A stretch of DNA of 32,000 bases from contig NZ_VZPV01000001.1 in assembly GCF_008801405.1 (NCBI RefSeq), positions 2,220,115 through 2,252,114 on the forward strand, read 5' to 3'. The notes below the pieces were generated by a model. The model saw nothing but the letters and a program-made list of their open reading frames with translations. It was not told the DNA's origin and did no database searches. Positions 21,945 through 32,000 of the stretch are shown piece after piece; the first letter of the stretch is position 1, and each line of letters opens with the position of its first letter. The translations under genes were made by a program, and so were the position numbers. Source of the stretch: Ralstonia insidiosa (GTDB lineage Bacteria; Pseudomonadota; Gammaproteobacteria; Burkholderiales; Burkholderiaceae).

Positions 21945-22283
21945 CTAAGCCTTCTTCAAAAACTCCGGCTTGAGCAGATAGCTCACCCCATCGATCTTGC
22001 AATCGATCGGATGGTCGCCCGAGACAAAGCGGATGTTCTTGATCTTGGTGCCGGCCTTGAGCGTGCCCGACCCGCCCTTGAGCTTCAGGTCTTTGACCAG
22101 CGTGGCTGCATCGCCAACGTTCAGGACATTGCCGTTGCTGTCCTTGATCACGAGCTCGGCTTCCACTTCGACTTCCTGCGCTGCCGGGTTCCACTCGTGC
22201 GCGCAATCTGGGCAGATGAAGAGTTCGCCATCCTGGTAGGTGTTTTCAGAGGCGCATAGCGGACAAGCTGGAATGGCGGACAT
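21945..22283 (-). CDS. yjdM: YjdM/PhnA-family zinc-ribbon protein.
   Basis: Trimmed to the ATG at 22283. MSAIPACPLCASENTYQDGELFICPDCAHEW...GDHPIDCKIDGVSYLLKPEFLKKA matches the PhnA/YjdM architecture at about 112 aa. Confidence 0.85.
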   Translation of the reverse strand: MSAIPACPLCASENTYQDGELFICPDCAHEWNPAAQEVEVEAELVIKDSNGNVLNVGDAATLVKDLKLKGGSGTLKAGTKIKNIRFVSGDHPIDCKIDGVSYLLKPEFLKKA

Positions 22284-22359
22284 ATCGATCGAGTTGCGTG
22301 AAATTGGCGAAACGGGCCGCACTATAGCAGCCGTGATGCCGCCCAACGGTTGATGATCG

Positions 22360-23244
22360 TCACGCCAGGGTGCCGAGCACACCCATGAAGTTGCAAAGCG
22401 CCGCACTCTGCGCCTGTGCCCGCCAGAGCAAATGGACTTCCACCGCCAGCGGCAACCAATCCACCCGCTTGAACACCACGCCGGGCGGGTTCATGCGCTG
22501 GATGCTGTCCTGCATGACGGCCACCCCCAGGCCCGCACCGACCAGCCCCAGAATGATCGAGATCTGCGGCGCCTCGAACTGGATATCCGGACGGAATCCG
22601 CTCGATTCGCACGCCTCCAGCAGCCGCACGCGCCCCGCCGGGTTGAGTGCCTTGGGAAACGCGATCCACGGCAGGCCGTCCAGGTCTTGCGGCGTCACCG
22701 TGGGCCGAGCGGCCAGCGGATGGTCTTCGGCCATCGCCAGCACAAACGGCTCGCGCGTCAGCAGGCGGCTGGCCAGGGTGCCATCGGGTTTTGGCGGGTT
22801 GTAGACGAAGCCGACGTCGATCGCTGAACGCTCCAGCGCCTCGGCTTGTTCGCCGGAGCGCATGGTCGACAGCTTCAGGTTCACACGCGGATACGCCGCC
22901 CGGAACTGCCGCAGGGCAACCGGCAGCCGTCCACTGTGGACCACTCCTTCGCAGTAGCCGATGCCGAGCGTGCAGGCCTCTCCCCTGCCCGCCTGGCGCG
23001 CCTGCTCTTCCACCCGTTCGGCTTGGGCGAGCAGGTTGCGAGCCTCCAGGAGGAAATCCCGGCCGGCGGTGGTCAGCCGCACACGCTGCTTGACGCGCTC
23101 GAACAGTTGCAGCCCGAGGTGGTCTTCCAACTGGCGGATCTGGCGTGAGAGCGGCGATTGCGAGATGTGCAGCCGCTCAGCAGCACGCCCAACGTTTTCC
23201 GTCTCCGCCACGGCGACGAAATACCGGAGCTGTTGCAGTTCCAT
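22360..23244 (-). CDS. LysR-family transcriptional regulator.
   Basis: MELQQLRYFVAVAETENVGRAAERLHISQSPLSRQIRQLEDHLGLQLFER is a canonical LysR wHTH. 294 aa, divergent from the MFS gene. Confidence 0.9.
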   Translation of the reverse strand: MELQQLRYFVAVAETENVGRAAERLHISQSPLSRQIRQLEDHLGLQLFERVKQRVRLTTAGRDFLLEARNLLAQAERVEEQARQAGRGEACTLGIGYCEGVVHSGRLPVALRQFRAAYPRVNLKLSTMRSGEQAEALERSAIDVGFVYNPPKPDGTLASRLLTREPFVLAMAEDHPLAARPTVTPQDLDGLPWIAFPKALNPAGRVRLLEACESSGFRPDIQFEAPQISIILGLVGAGLGVAVMQDSIQRMNPPGVVFKRVDWLPLAVEVHLLWRAQAQSAALCNFMGVLGTLA

Positions 23245-23355
23245 GGTAAGTCCTACGATGCATCAAGTCTGACAAATTCAGTCTTGGACAGCATTATATG
23301 GTCGGCCATAGAGTCAACGCATCGCGACTTCGCACCGATTGCGAAAGGACTTGAC

Positions 23356-24606
23356 ATGGATACCACCACACATCGGCCCAGCCTGACGCCGCATCTGACG
23401 ATTCCCCAGGGCATTCTGCTGACCACGCTCGTCTTGCTGAGCGCATCCGGCCTGGTTGCCTCGGACATCAACCTGCCGGGCATGCCGCTCGCTGCCCAGG
23501 CGCTGGATGCCCCCATCACAGCCTTGCAGCAAACCTTCAGTGTGTACGTGATTGGGCTGGCGGTCGCGCAAGCGCTGTATGGCGCGCTGTCGGACACCTA
23601 CGGGCGCCGGCGCCTGGTGATCGGCGGCATGGCGGTCTATGCGCTGGCGTCGATCGCCTGTGCGCTGGCGCCCAGCGTGGCGCTGTTCGGCCTGGCGCGC
23701 GTGTTCCAGGCGCTCGGCGCCGGGGCCGGCATGGTGATCGGCCGCGCCATCATCGGCGACATCTTCGATGCCAAGCGGGCCGCGCGCATCTTCACCACCA
23801 TCATGCCGATCGTCGGGGCATCTCCCGCACTGGCGCCGCTGGTGGGCGGCTATTTGACGGACTACGTCTCGTGGCGCGCGCCTTTCCTGCTGACGGCCGC
23901 CCTGGGCGTCGCGGCAGTCGTGCTGATGCTGCTCTATATCCCAGAGACCATGCCCCAGGCGCGCCGGCAGCGCAGCGCGTTCGTGACGTTCCGCAATTAC
24001 CCGATGCTGCTGCGTCAGCCGCGCTTCTGGACGTACGCGCTCAACCTGTGCGTCGCCTATGCGGCCTACCTCGGCTATCTGGCGGCGTCACCCGTGATTC
24101 TTGAACACATGGGGCTGGGGCCCAAGGCCGCCAGCACGTGCTACATCAGCCTGTCGGTCACGTACATCTTCAGCAACCTAGTGTCGCGGCATTTTGCGGG
24201 CCGGTATGCGCTCGATCGGCTGCTTGGCGTTGGCTATGCATTCTTTGCGCTTGGCGCAGTGTGCCTGGTCGGCGTAGCGCTGGTTGGCGTGAGCACGCCC
24301 TGGCCGGTGATCTTTGCCATCTCCATCATCACGCTGGCCAATGGCGTGCTGATACCGCTGTCGTTTGCGGGCGGTGTGACGAGCTTTCCGTCCACGGCGG
24401 GTGCCGCCTCGGGCCTGATGGGGGCGATGCACCTGGCCGCCGGATCGGCAGCCATCTACATGGTTGCCGCATTGCCGGGCACCGTTTCCGCACTGGCGGC
24501 ATTTGTTGCCTGCGTAGCCGCTTTCGGATGCATCGCATTTCCGCTTTCGCTGCGCCTGGCACGGCAATCCGAAGAGGTGCCGGCGATAACCTGCGCCGCA
24601 CGCTGA
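23356..24606 (+). CDS. MFS transporter, Bcr/CflA-like drug-efflux subfamily.
   Basis: Trimmed from 23158 to the ATG at 23356 (AAAGGA RBS). About 12 hydrophobic segments, with the MFS motif GALSDTYGRRRLVIGG between TM2 and TM3. Confidence 0.85.
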   Translation: MDTTTHRPSLTPHLTIPQGILLTTLVLLSASGLVASDINLPGMPLAAQALDAPITALQQTFSVYVIGLAVAQALYGALSDTYGRRRLVIGGMAVYALASIACALAPSVALFGLARVFQALGAGAGMVIGRAIIGDIFDAKRAARIFTTIMPIVGASPALAPLVGGYLTDYVSWRAPFLLTAALGVAAVVLMLLYIPETMPQARRQRSAFVTFRNYPMLLRQPRFWTYALNLCVAYAAYLGYLAASPVILEHMGLGPKAASTCYISLSVTYIFSNLVSRHFAGRYALDRLLGVGYAFFALGAVCLVGVALVGVSTPWPVIFAISIITLANGVLIPLSFAGGVTSFPSTAGAASGLMGAMHLAAGSAAIYMVAALPGTVSALAAFVACVAAFGCIAFPLSLRLARQSEEVPAITCAAR

Positions 24607-24693
24607 GCCAGCATCACCGCGCAATCATCTTGTTGGCATCGCCCTTCGGTATCATCCCGTCTTCAACGTTTTTACCCGATCTGGGAGGTCATC

Positions 24694-25041
24694 ATGGGCG
24701 AAGCCAAACGACGCGGCACGCAAGCCGAACGCGTTACCCAAGCGAAATCCCGGCTGGACGCGCTGCGTCCTGAAAAGCTGGTCTGCGGCGCCTGCCAGAC
24801 CGCCTTCACCGAGTTTGAAGGAATGGAGCCGCGCGACATGCCCGGCATCCACGCCATCTTTGGCGGCGAATGCCCGAACTGCGGCGAGAGCGTGATCTCG
24901 TTCAACGGCGAGCCCGAAGCCGTGGCCGCCGCCATGCTGGCCTATCAGGACGCCATGGAAGACGCCAAGCTCGGCGCGCAGACGCAGGAGGGCAAACACG
25001 TGCCGTACGTGGACGAAGAAGACAAGCCCACACAACATTGA
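24694..25041 (+). CDS. Hypothetical protein with a CxxC...CxxC zinc-ribbon-like motif.
   Basis: 115 aa with CGACQ...CPNCG. GGGAGG-like sequence upstream. Confidence 0.5.
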   Translation: MGEAKRRGTQAERVTQAKSRLDALRPEKLVCGACQTAFTEFEGMEPRDMPGIHAIFGGECPNCGESVISFNGEPEAVAAAMLAYQDAMEDAKLGAQTQEGKHVPYVDEEDKPTQH

Positions 25042-25055
25042 GCACCGAGCCCGCC

Positions 25056-25265
25056 ATGCAAGACACCCCGGTGCACCGCTACCGCCACTACAAGGGCGGC
25101 GAATACGAATGGCTGTGCGAGGCCACGTACGAGCCGGATCCCTCCATCAAGATGACGGTCTATCGCGCTGCCAACGGCACGATATGGACGCGCCCGTCGA
25201 CGATGTTCCACGAGATGGTGGAAGTCGACGGCCGTCAGGTGCCGCGTTTCGCGCGCATCGACTGA
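25056..25265 (+). CDS. DUF1653-family small protein.
   Basis: Trimmed to the ATG at 25056. HRYRHYKGGEYEWLCEATYE...VYRAANGTIWTRPSTMFHEMVEVDGRQVPRFARI matches my memory of the DUF1653 signature. Confidence 0.7.
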   Translation: MQDTPVHRYRHYKGGEYEWLCEATYEPDPSIKMTVYRAANGTIWTRPSTMFHEMVEVDGRQVPRFARID

Positions 25266-26138
25266 ATGACGAGCGATAGCGTTTCAGTACGAGCGGGCCT
25301 GCGGGCCCGCTTCACATATTGGCGCGACCTGACCGGTGTCTGGGCTGCCCGCCATGGCCAACTGGCGGCGGGGCTGCACGAGTTTGTCGTCTTCGGCATC
25401 AAGCAGGCGTGGGCCTGTCTGTTTGGCGGGTTGATGGTCGCCCTGCTGATCGGTACACACCTCTGGTATCCGGCCGATGCGCCAATTGCCCGGTACGACG
25501 CGCTAACGATTGCCGCGGTCATCATTCAGATCACCCTGCTTTGGCTGAAGCTGGAAACGTGGGATGAAGCCAAGGTGATCCTGATGTTCCACGTGGCTGG
25601 CACGGGCATGGAGGTGTTCAAGACAGCCGTCGGCTCGTGGATCTATCCGGAGGCTTCGGTGTTGCGCATTGGTGGCGTGCCGCTGTTTACCGGCTTCATG
25701 TATGCCGCGGTGGGCAGCTATATCGCGCGGGCGTGGCGCGAGTTTGATCTGCGGTTCTCGCACCATCCGCCGCTGGTGGTCACTGCCCTGCTCTCGCTGG
25801 GTATCTACGCCAACTTTTTCCTGCACCACTACTGGTGGGATGTGCGCTACGTGCTGATGGCGCTGATTGCCGTGGCGTTCCGCCGCTGCTGGATTCATTT
25901 CCGCATTGATCGCGAGCACCGGCGCATGCCGTTCCTGCTCGGCTTCACGCTGGTGGCGCTGTTCATCTGGCTGGCAGAAAACATCGGCACATTCACACGC
26001 ACCTGGCTCTACCCGAACCAGTTGCAGGGCTGGGAAATGGTGTCGATCGCCAAGCTTGGCGCGTGGTTCCTGCTGACCATCATGAGCTACGTCATGGTGA
26101 CGCTGGTCAACCCGCCGCGGCCCGTTGAGGGTGCTTGA
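25266..26138 (+). CDS. DUF817-like integral membrane protein.
   Basis: 290 aa, multi-TM. EFVVFGIKQAWACLFGGLMVALLI resembles the DUF817 N-terminal motif (from memory). The ATG directly abuts the upstream stop (TGAATG). Confidence 0.6.
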   Translation: MTSDSVSVRAGLRARFTYWRDLTGVWAARHGQLAAGLHEFVVFGIKQAWACLFGGLMVALLIGTHLWYPADAPIARYDALTIAAVIIQITLLWLKLETWDEAKVILMFHVAGTGMEVFKTAVGSWIYPEASVLRIGGVPLFTGFMYAAVGSYIARAWREFDLRFSHHPPLVVTALLSLGIYANFFLHHYWWDVRYVLMALIAVAFRRCWIHFRIDREHRRMPFLLGFTLVALFIWLAENIGTFTRTWLYPNQLQGWEMVSIAKLGAWFLLTIMSYVMVTLVNPPRPVEGA

Positions 26139-26631
26139 GATCAGCCTGTTCAGCGGGTGCCCGATCGCGCAGTTCGAACGTCACGCGCACACGGCGTGAG
26201 AACTGCAGGTAAACGCCGCAGGTCAGCAACATCGCCACGGCCACCACCACGCCGTCGATCACGGTGGTGCGCGCACCGGCAACGCCGCCCGCCATCAGCA
26301 TCAGCCCGATCATCGGGGGCAGCAGCGCCATGTGCACGATCGTGGCCAACCGGAACGCGCTATCGTGCGTAGTGGCCAACACCAGCACCGTGACGCACGA
26401 GATCAGATAAAGCAGCGTGGTCAGGTTGACCGCCCCACTGCCCGGCGTGTTGGCATCGAAGAGATCAGCGCCGGCCAACTGCAGCGCATCGACCGACAAG
26501 CCCTGCCAGAACACCCACGTTGGCCCCGCGATGGCAATAGCCAGCACCCACGGCAGCCAGCCGGCAATGCCATACAGCGGATGGTGTTCTGCTTCGATCG
26601 GGTCAATGTCGACCCAGCGATGCGTCAGCAT
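26107..26631 (-). CDS. Hypothetical integral membrane protein (possibly DUF2569-like).
   Basis: ATG at 26631 with GGGGG upstream. About 4-5 TM segments. Its 3' end overlaps the convergent DUF817 gene by 32 nt. Confidence 0.5.
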   Translation of the reverse strand: MLTHRWVDIDPIEAEHHPLYGIAGWLPWVLAIAIAGPTWVFWQGLSVDALQLAGADLFDANTPGSGAVNLTTLLYLISCVTVLVLATTHDSAFRLATIVHMALLPPMIGLMLMAGGVAGARTTVIDGVVVAVAMLLTCGVYLQFSRRVRVTFELRDRAPAEQADLKHPQRAAAG

Positions 26632-26963
26632 GATGCACCCCCAAAACAATGCGCGCCCGTTCTGGTAACGGGTGACTTCTGCAGGTGCCCGGCGGCACCC
26701 GCTTTCCCTCCTTCCAGCTTAGTGCTTGCCGCAATGCAAGCAAGCCGTCACCACTTGGTGGAAACCACGATCACGTTGCCGCACACGGCAGGCAGGCGCG
26801 ATCAAAAGTGTGGAAATTGGTACCGACGTGTCAGGTATCGCATGCCTGGGCGACCAACCTGCATAGCTCGCGTCCGAGCGGGTGGCCGTGCCGCTTGTGC
26901 CCGCTCTCTCGGATGCGCCTGCCAATACCGTTCATCGGACGGAACCCCACCAGGAGGTGTTGC

Positions 26964-27419
26964 ATGCAACGAGAACTGTTCTCCCCGACGGCCCTGCAGA
27001 AAGCTGGGCAAGCCATCGTCTTCTATACCGTCGCACTGATTTTTCTGGGGTACGGTGCCTACAAGTTCACGGCGGTCGAGGCTGAGGCCATCTATCCGCT
27101 GACCAGCAATAGCCCGCTGTTTTCCTGGCTCTATAGCGTGCTCAGCAAGCAAGGGGTGTCCAACCTGATCGGCGTGGCCGAAATTGCGCTGGCGCTGGCC
27201 ATGCTGTGGCGCGGCCACTGGCGCGTGCGCTTGGCCGGCAGCCTGGGGATCGCTGGCGCGCTGTTGAGCACGCTGTCGTTTCTCATTACCACGCCGGGCA
27301 TTGGTCTTGATGGGTTCATCATCAAGGACGCCGTCTTGCTGGGTGGCGCGCTCTGGGCAGCCGGCGCTGCGTGGCAATCCGGCTTGGTGCATCCGCGCCA
27401 ATCCGGCGCGCTGGCTTAG
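26964..27419 (+). CDS. DUF417 (YkgB-like) inner-membrane protein.
   Basis: Trimmed from 26685 to the ATG at 26964 (AGGAGG, 6-nt spacer). FLGYGAYKFTAVEAEAIYPLTSNSPLFSWLY is typical of DUF417. Confidence 0.75.
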   Translation: MQRELFSPTALQKAGQAIVFYTVALIFLGYGAYKFTAVEAEAIYPLTSNSPLFSWLYSVLSKQGVSNLIGVAEIALALAMLWRGHWRVRLAGSLGIAGALLSTLSFLITTPGIGLDGFIIKDAVLLGGALWAAGAAWQSGLVHPRQSGALA

Positions 27420-27420
27420 C

Positions 27421-27954
27421 CTATCGACGGAAAAGGCGCGGGCGATCCGGGTCGTATAGCGGGTCGGGCGTGATCTGCGTGAGCTGCAGCACGCCGGCCG
27501 GATCAAAGTAGAAATGCATCAGCGATGGCCAGACGTCGTCCGACTTGAAACGGTATGACCAGACGAGCCGGTCCATGCGGGGGAAATACGCCGTTTCGAC
27601 CGGCTTGCCAAAGTGCCGCAGCACGTCGTCCTGGGTCCAGGTGCCGATCTTCGCCTGGGCAAACTCAAGGCTGCGCAGCACCTGCTTGAAGTCGATCAGC
27701 TTGCCGCTGGCATCGAAGTCCGCCGCGTAGGTGAACTGGCCATAGGGCTGCGTGGGATACAGCCAGCGCGTGCCGCCATCCAGCGGGTAGGACTCACGCG
27801 GCGGGCCAAACTGTGCCTGCACCGCAGATTGATCACTGCCGACCAGGCGCTGCCCCTTCGTCACTGGGGATTCCAACGCGGCACACCCTGCCAGCGTGGC
27901 CACCATCATGATCGCCGCCAGCCAACGCATTGCGCGCATGACAACCGCCTCCAT
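27421..27954 (-). CDS. Lipoprotein, BamE/SmpA-OmlA-like.
   Basis: Lipobox MVATLAGC near the N-terminus; the true start is probably the internal Met at 27939 or 27930. Contains GTWTQDDVLRHFGKP, a BamE-like motif. Confidence 0.65.
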   Translation of the reverse strand: MEAVVMRAMRWLAAIMMVATLAGCAALESPVTKGQRLVGSDQSAVQAQFGPPRESYPLDGGTRWLYPTQPYGQFTYAADFDASGKLIDFKQVLRSLEFAQAKIGTWTQDDVLRHFGKPVETAYFPRMDRLVWSYRFKSDDVWPSLMHFYFDPAGVLQLTQITPDPLYDPDRPRLFRR

Positions 27955-27995
27955 CCTGTCTTTCGAGGGTGGACAGTGTAGCGCTGGCCAGCGGT

Positions 27996-28697
27996 TCAGC
28001 GTGCAAGCAACGGTGCAATGTCGAGGTGTGCAGCAGCAAGGCGTGCATCTGCTTGCGGCAGACGCGGAATGGTGCCCAGATGCGGCGCCCCGATCCAGCG
28101 ACGCAGGGTGGTGACGTTATCGTCCAGACCAGCCATGGCCGGGTCGACCACGTTGCCAACCCAGCCCGCCAGGTGCAGTCCGCGCGCGGCGATCGCCTCG
28201 GCGGTCAGCGCTGCATGGTTCAGGCACCCCAGGCGCAGCCCGACCACCAGCACCACCGGCAGGCCCAGTGCCACGGCCATCTCTGCCGTATCAAAATCGT
28301 CGGACAGCGGCACGCGAAAGCCGCCTACGCCCTCCACCACGACCGCGTCGGTCAGCGACTTGGCCTGCACGAATGCATCGAGAATGGGCGGCAGCGCAAT
28401 CGTTACGCCCTCGCGCGCAGCCGCCAAGTGCGGCGACATCGGTGCATCCAGCAGCCACGGGCAAATCGTTGCCAGCGGCAGATCCACCGAAGCGGCGGCG
28501 CGTAGCTGCTCGATGTCTTCATTCGTGCGCGTTGGCGCGCCGGTGCAGTTGCCAAGCAAAGTTCCCGCCGCAATCGGCTTGAGGCCGGCGCTGCGGTAGC
28601 CGGCATCGGCCAACTTGGTCAGCAATGCGGCACTGACCAGCGTCTTGCCGATCTCGGTATCGGTGCCGGTCACGAAACAGTCGAAGCGCGGTGGCAT
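27996..28697 (-). CDS. bioD: Dethiobiotin synthetase.
   Basis: [13 protein letters not shown]-loop, 233 aa. The ATG is 1 nt after the bioF stop. Confidence 0.9.
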   Translation of the reverse strand: MPPRFDCFVTGTDTEIGKTLVSAALLTKLADAGYRSAGLKPIAAGTLLGNCTGAPTRTNEDIEQLRAAASVDLPLATICPWLLDAPMSPHLAAAREGVTIALPPILDAFVQAKSLTDAVVVEGVGGFRVPLSDDFDTAEMAVALGLPVVLVVGLRLGCLNHAALTAEAIAARGLHLAGWVGNVVDPAMAGLDDNVTTLRRWIGAPHLGTIPRLPQADARLAAAHLDIAPLLAR

Positions 28698-28698
28698 A

Positions 28699-29949
28699 TC
28701 AAGCAGCCTTGGCAGGCGAGTGCAGCGATTGGCCGGCCGCTTCCAGCGCCTGTGCCAACCGTTCGATGTCGTCGTCAGTATGCGCGGCCGACAGCGTGAT
28801 GCGCAGTCGGGCCGTGCCCACCGGCACCGTCGGCGGGCGGATGGCGGCGATGCGGATACCTTCGCGCTCCAGTGCGGCAGCCAGTTCCAGTGCAGGCGCG
28901 TTCTCTCCGATCACGATGGGTTGAATGGCCGTGGGCGATGGCATCCACTGCCAGCCGAAGCGGGCCGCCAAGCGCTGCGCATGCGCGCTCCATACGGCGA
29001 TATGGCGGTTCAGGCGCGCACGGCGTTCGGCGCCTTCCTCGCTCGCAATCACGTCCAGCGCGGCTTCCACGGCGCAAGCGATTGCCGGTGGCGTGGCCGT
29101 CGTGAAGATATAGGTGCGTGCGCGCTGGACCAGCCAGTCGATCACCATGCGGTGCGCCACGATGGCCGCGCCCGCGCCTCCCGCTGCCTTGCCGAATGTG
29201 CCGACGTAGACGAGACGCTCCGAATGCAGCCCGAAGTGCGACAACACACCCGCGCCGTTCTCGCCGAGCACGCCCAGACCATGCGCATCGTCCACGATGA
29301 GCCAGGCGTCGTAGCGCTCAGCCAGCGCGAGCAGTTCAGGCAGCGGCGCGATGTCGCCGTCCATGCTGAACACGCCATCGGCCACGATCAGCTTGTTGCG
29401 GCTCTTGCTTGCGGCCAGTTGCGCTTCCAGCGCAGCCAGATCGGCATGGGGATAGACCAAGACCTGCGCCCGCGAAAGCCGCGCGCCGTCGATGAGCGAG
29501 GCGTGGTTTAGCGCGTCGGAGAAGATCGTGCAGTCTTGGGCCGGCTGGATGCCGCCAGACTGCGCCAAGGCACTCACCACGGCCAGGTTGGCCATATAGC
29601 CGGTGCAGAACTCCAGCGCATCCGCCTCGGGAATGTGCGGTGCCTGCAGCGCCGCCATGCGCGCCTCCAGGCGTGCGTGCGCAATCGAATGGCCACTGAC
29701 CAGAGACGATGCTCCGCTGCCGAAACCGTACTGGCGTATGCCCTCCACCACCGCTTCGCCCAGGGCGGGATGCGCTGCGAGGCCCAGGTAGTCATTGCCG
29801 CAGAAGCCGAGGATGTCGCGCGGTTCCCCACCCGGCACGCTGATGCGCTGGCTGCGGTCGGTCGGGCTATACGCGGTGCGGCGCACGCGACGCAAGTGGG
29901 CGGCGTCAATGGCGTCCAGGCCTGCCTGCAGGTCGTCAAGCAATCGCAT
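28699..29949 (-). CDS. bioF: 8-amino-7-oxononanoate synthase.
   Basis: Trimmed to the ATG at 29949 (AGGAGA upstream). PLP enzyme motifs: [22 protein letters not shown] (Lys for PLP). Confidence 0.9.
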   Translation of the reverse strand: MRLLDDLQAGLDAIDAAHLRRVRRTAYSPTDRSQRISVPGGEPRDILGFCGNDYLGLAAHPALGEAVVEGIRQYGFGSGASSLVSGHSIAHARLEARMAALQAPHIPEADALEFCTGYMANLAVVSALAQSGGIQPAQDCTIFSDALNHASLIDGARLSRAQVLVYPHADLAALEAQLAASKSRNKLIVADGVFSMDGDIAPLPELLALAERYDAWLIVDDAHGLGVLGENGAGVLSHFGLHSERLVYVGTFGKAAGGAGAAIVAHRMVIDWLVQRARTYIFTTATPPAIACAVEAALDVIASEEGAERRARLNRHIAVWSAHAQRLAARFGWQWMPSPTAIQPIVIGENAPALELAAALEREGIRIAAIRPPTVPVGTARLRITLSAAHTDDDIERLAQALEAAGQSLHSPAKAA

Positions 29950-31360
29950 AGGTTTCTCCTTCGTACGCATCGCCAGCATGGGCGAGCGTGTCTTCCAGGG
30001 TTTGCAGCGTGCGCTCGACCAGGGTGTCGGTTTCTGCGTCAGTCAACACGTAGGGCGGCAACAGATAGACGGTGTTGCCAATCGGGCGCAGCAGCAGGCC
30101 GTGCGTGCGTGCAGTCAGCGCAAAGCGTTCGGCAAAGCGCGCGCCGGCCACGTCGGGGTGCACGTCAAACGCGGTGATCATCCCGGTCTGCCGCAGATGC
30201 GCGAATCGTGCGTCGTGCGACAGCGGCGCCAGCCCCTGTGCGATGCGCGCGGCGGTTACGCGGTTGCGGGCGAATACGTCCTCCTCCGCAAAAAGATCCA
30301 GCGTGGCAAGTGCTGCACGGCAGGCCAGCGGATTGCCCGTGTACGAGTGCGAATGCAGGAAGCTGCGCACCGGCGCATCGTCGTTGAACGCGTTGTAGAT
30401 GGCATCGCGCGACAGCACGATCGACAGCGGCAGATACCCCCCACTGATGCCCTTGGACAGGCACAGCAGATCGGGCCACACGCCAGCCTGCTCGCACGCG
30501 AAGAAGGTGCCGGTGCGGCCGCAGCCGACGGCAATCTCGTCCGCAATCCAGTGCACGCCAAACGCGTCGCACAGCGCACGCACGCCGCGCAGGTAGCTCA
30601 CGTCGTGCATGGCCATGCCGGCGGCGCACTGCACCAGCGGCTCAATGATGACGGCGGCGATCGTGCCAGCGTTGGCGCTCAGGCAATCGCGCAACGCGGC
30701 CAGCGCGCGCTCCGCCACGTCGGCGGCGGTTTCGCCCGGACCGACCAAACGTGCGTCAGGTGACGGCACACGGTGCGATTGCAGGATCAGCGGGTCATAC
30801 GCATCGCGGAAAATCGCCACATCCGTCACGCCCAGTGCGCCAAGCGTTTCACCGTGGTAGCCGTGTTCCAGGCAGATGAAGCGGTTGCGCGCGCCCTGCC
30901 CCGCGTTCCGATGAGCATGGAAACTCATCTTGAGTGCGATTTCCACCGCGGATGCGCCATCCGAGCCGAAGAAGCTGTGGCCGAGCGCTCCGCCCGTCAG
31001 GTCAATCAAGCGCTCCGCCAACTCCACTGCCGGGCGGTGCGTGGCGCCGGCCAGCATCACGTGCTCCAGCGAATCGAGCTGTGTCTTGAGCGCCGCATTG
31101 ATATGCGGATTGGCGTGACCGAACAGGTTGACCCACCACGAGCTGGTGCCGTCCAGATAGCGCTTGCCGTCAAAGTCGATCAGCCATGACCCCTGGCCAC
31201 GTGCGATGGGCAGCGGCGGCATGGCATCGAGCCGTGCGTTTTGCGTGCACGGGTGCCAGACGGCCGCACGGCTGCGCGCTTGCCACGCCGTGTTGGCCGA
31301 GCGGGCACCTTGCGCGCCATGAACCGACGCGGCCGACACGGGGATGGGGGGATACGCCAT
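29936..31360 (-). CDS. bioA: Adenosylmethionine-8-amino-7-oxononanoate aminotransferase.
   Basis: Trimmed to the ATG at 31360 (GGAGG upstream). Class III aminotransferase motifs: [35 protein letters not shown]. The stop overlaps the bioF start. Confidence 0.9.
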   Translation of the reverse strand: MAYPPIPVSAASVHGAQGARSANTAWQARSRAAVWHPCTQNARLDAMPPLPIARGQGSWLIDFDGKRYLDGTSSWWVNLFGHANPHINAALKTQLDSLEHVMLAGATHRPAVELAERLIDLTGGALGHSFFGSDGASAVEIALKMSFHAHRNAGQGARNRFICLEHGYHGETLGALGVTDVAIFRDAYDPLILQSHRVPSPDARLVGPGETAADVAERALAALRDCLSANAGTIAAVIIEPLVQCAAGMAMHDVSYLRGVRALCDAFGVHWIADEIAVGCGRTGTFFACEQAGVWPDLLCLSKGISGGYLPLSIVLSRDAIYNAFNDDAPVRSFLHSHSYTGNPLACRAALATLDLFAEEDVFARNRVTAARIAQGLAPLSHDARFAHLRQTGMITAFDVHPDVAGARFAERFALTARTHGLLLRPIGNTVYLLPPYVLTDAETDTLVERTLQTLEDTLAHAGDAYEGETYAIA

Positions 31361-31727
31361 ACGAACCTCCAAGTAGCGACGCCGGCCCCGAGGTGTTGCA
31401 GAACGGAACCGGCACATGGCGGCGTATGGTAGGCGGCTTGCTGGTCAATCAACAAGCGGACAGATCAACGCTTTTTGCTGCAAAAATTACCGACAAAGCA
31501 CGATGAAGCCATGTTTTTCGGCAAAACGTCGGCGGTCTTGTGGCGATCTTTGCGCAAAAAATTTTTCGGAAAAATGCGAGCGAGCGCTTTTTTCGTCACC
31601 TACGGGGCAGCCCGCACATCAGGCGCGGGTGATATTCAGAATGTACTGAAAGTATCGCGCGCATCATTGCTCAGCTCTAGGGATAACCCTATACTCGGGA
31701 AAACCCTAGAGAACGAGAGAAAACATC

Positions 31728-31895
31728 ATGATCCAGCAAGCCTATTACACCCCGAAGTTCGCCGGCCAAGCCCAAGCTCAAGCCGCTCGCCGCCCGTCGC
31801 TGCTGCGCGCAGTCATCAACTATTTCCGCAAGGGTTGGGATGACAACCTGGCGTACGCTGAAGTGGTTGGCAAGTCGGGTTCGTACCTCGGCTAA
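31728..31895 (+). CDS. Possible 55-aa small protein (below the ORF-track cutoff).
   Basis: My translation is MIQQAYYTPKFAGQAQAQAARRPSLLRAVINYFRKGWDDNLAYAEVVGKSGSYLG. GAGAGA lies upstream and a terminator follows about 45 nt later. Confidence 0.4.
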   Translation: MIQQAYYTPKFAGQAQAQAARRPSLLRAVINYFRKGWDDNLAYAEVVGKSGSYLG

Positions 31896-31938
31896 GCCCC
31901 GCGGCTGAACTTTCAGCCCAGCCGCAAAGGCACATCGC

Positions 31939-31973
31939 AAAAAAATGGCGCATTGGCGCCGTTTTTGTTTTTT
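31939..31973 (+). terminator. Rho-independent (bidirectional-looking) terminator.
   Basis: AAAAAAATGGCGC-attg-GCGCCGTTTTTGTTTTTT: an A-run and a T-run flank a GC stem. Confidence 0.55.
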
Positions 31974-32000
31974 GCAGCAGCGTGCTGGCTCACGCGATCG

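Noticed and set aside
28615-30763. Plus-strand ORFs of 298 aa (28615-29511) and 322 aa (29795-30763).
   Set aside because: They are antisense to bioF and bioA, both of which have clear PLP-enzyme motifs. The sequences are Arg/Ala-rich with no motifs.
31361-31500. BirA operator upstream of bioA.
   Set aside because: I saw no TTGTAAACC / GGTTTACAA-type inverted repeat. Only a directly repeated ATCAAC and A/T-tract palindromes are present.
1-32000. CRISPR arrays, tRNA or rRNA genes, and IS elements with terminal inverted repeats.
   Set aside because: I saw no regularly spaced repeats of 25-40 bp, no cloverleaf-type conserved tRNA boxes and no transposase-like ORFs anywhere in the window.

Overview
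High-GC (roughly 60-65% by eye) proteobacterial chromosome segment. A Ralstonia/Cupriavidus-like betaproteobacterium is my inference from gene content and the type of inovirus present. I saw no rRNA, tRNA or CRISPR array.

The window has three blocks.

(1) 1-10.1 kb, all on the minus strand: a metal-related locus. Gene order is nikR, a NikR-type operator, a TonB-dependent receptor, a DUF2946 protein, a possible 65-aa leader ORF, a MoeZ-like E1-rhodanese, a JAMM protease, a CysO/ThiS-like sulfur carrier with a masked GG terminus, a type III CoA-transferase, an adenylating enzyme and an acyl-CoA dehydrogenase that runs off the left edge. I read this as a thioacid (thiocarboxylate) forming cassette with its own sulfur relay, possibly a nickel-responsive metallophore system. 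This is the most interesting candidate in the window.

(2) 10.3-21.9 kb: mobile DNA. A 566-aa tyrosine recombinase and a small AbrB/SpoVT-like ORF sit beside a 9,201-bp filamentous (Inovirus, RSS/CTX-like) prophage. The prophage is bracketed by a 17-bp direct repeat that matches the central region plus XerD arm of a dif site. It carries a repressor gene whose stop codon is created by integration, a triple palindromic operator array, and a three-gene accessory operon saturated with CGTTAC/GTAACG motifs.

(3) 21.9-32 kb: ordinary chromosomal genes. These are yjdM/phnA, a divergent LysR regulator and MFS pair, several DUF membrane proteins, a lipoprotein, and bioA-bioF-bioD.

Many long ORFs in the supplied track are antisense shadow ORFs typical of high-GC DNA and were not called.
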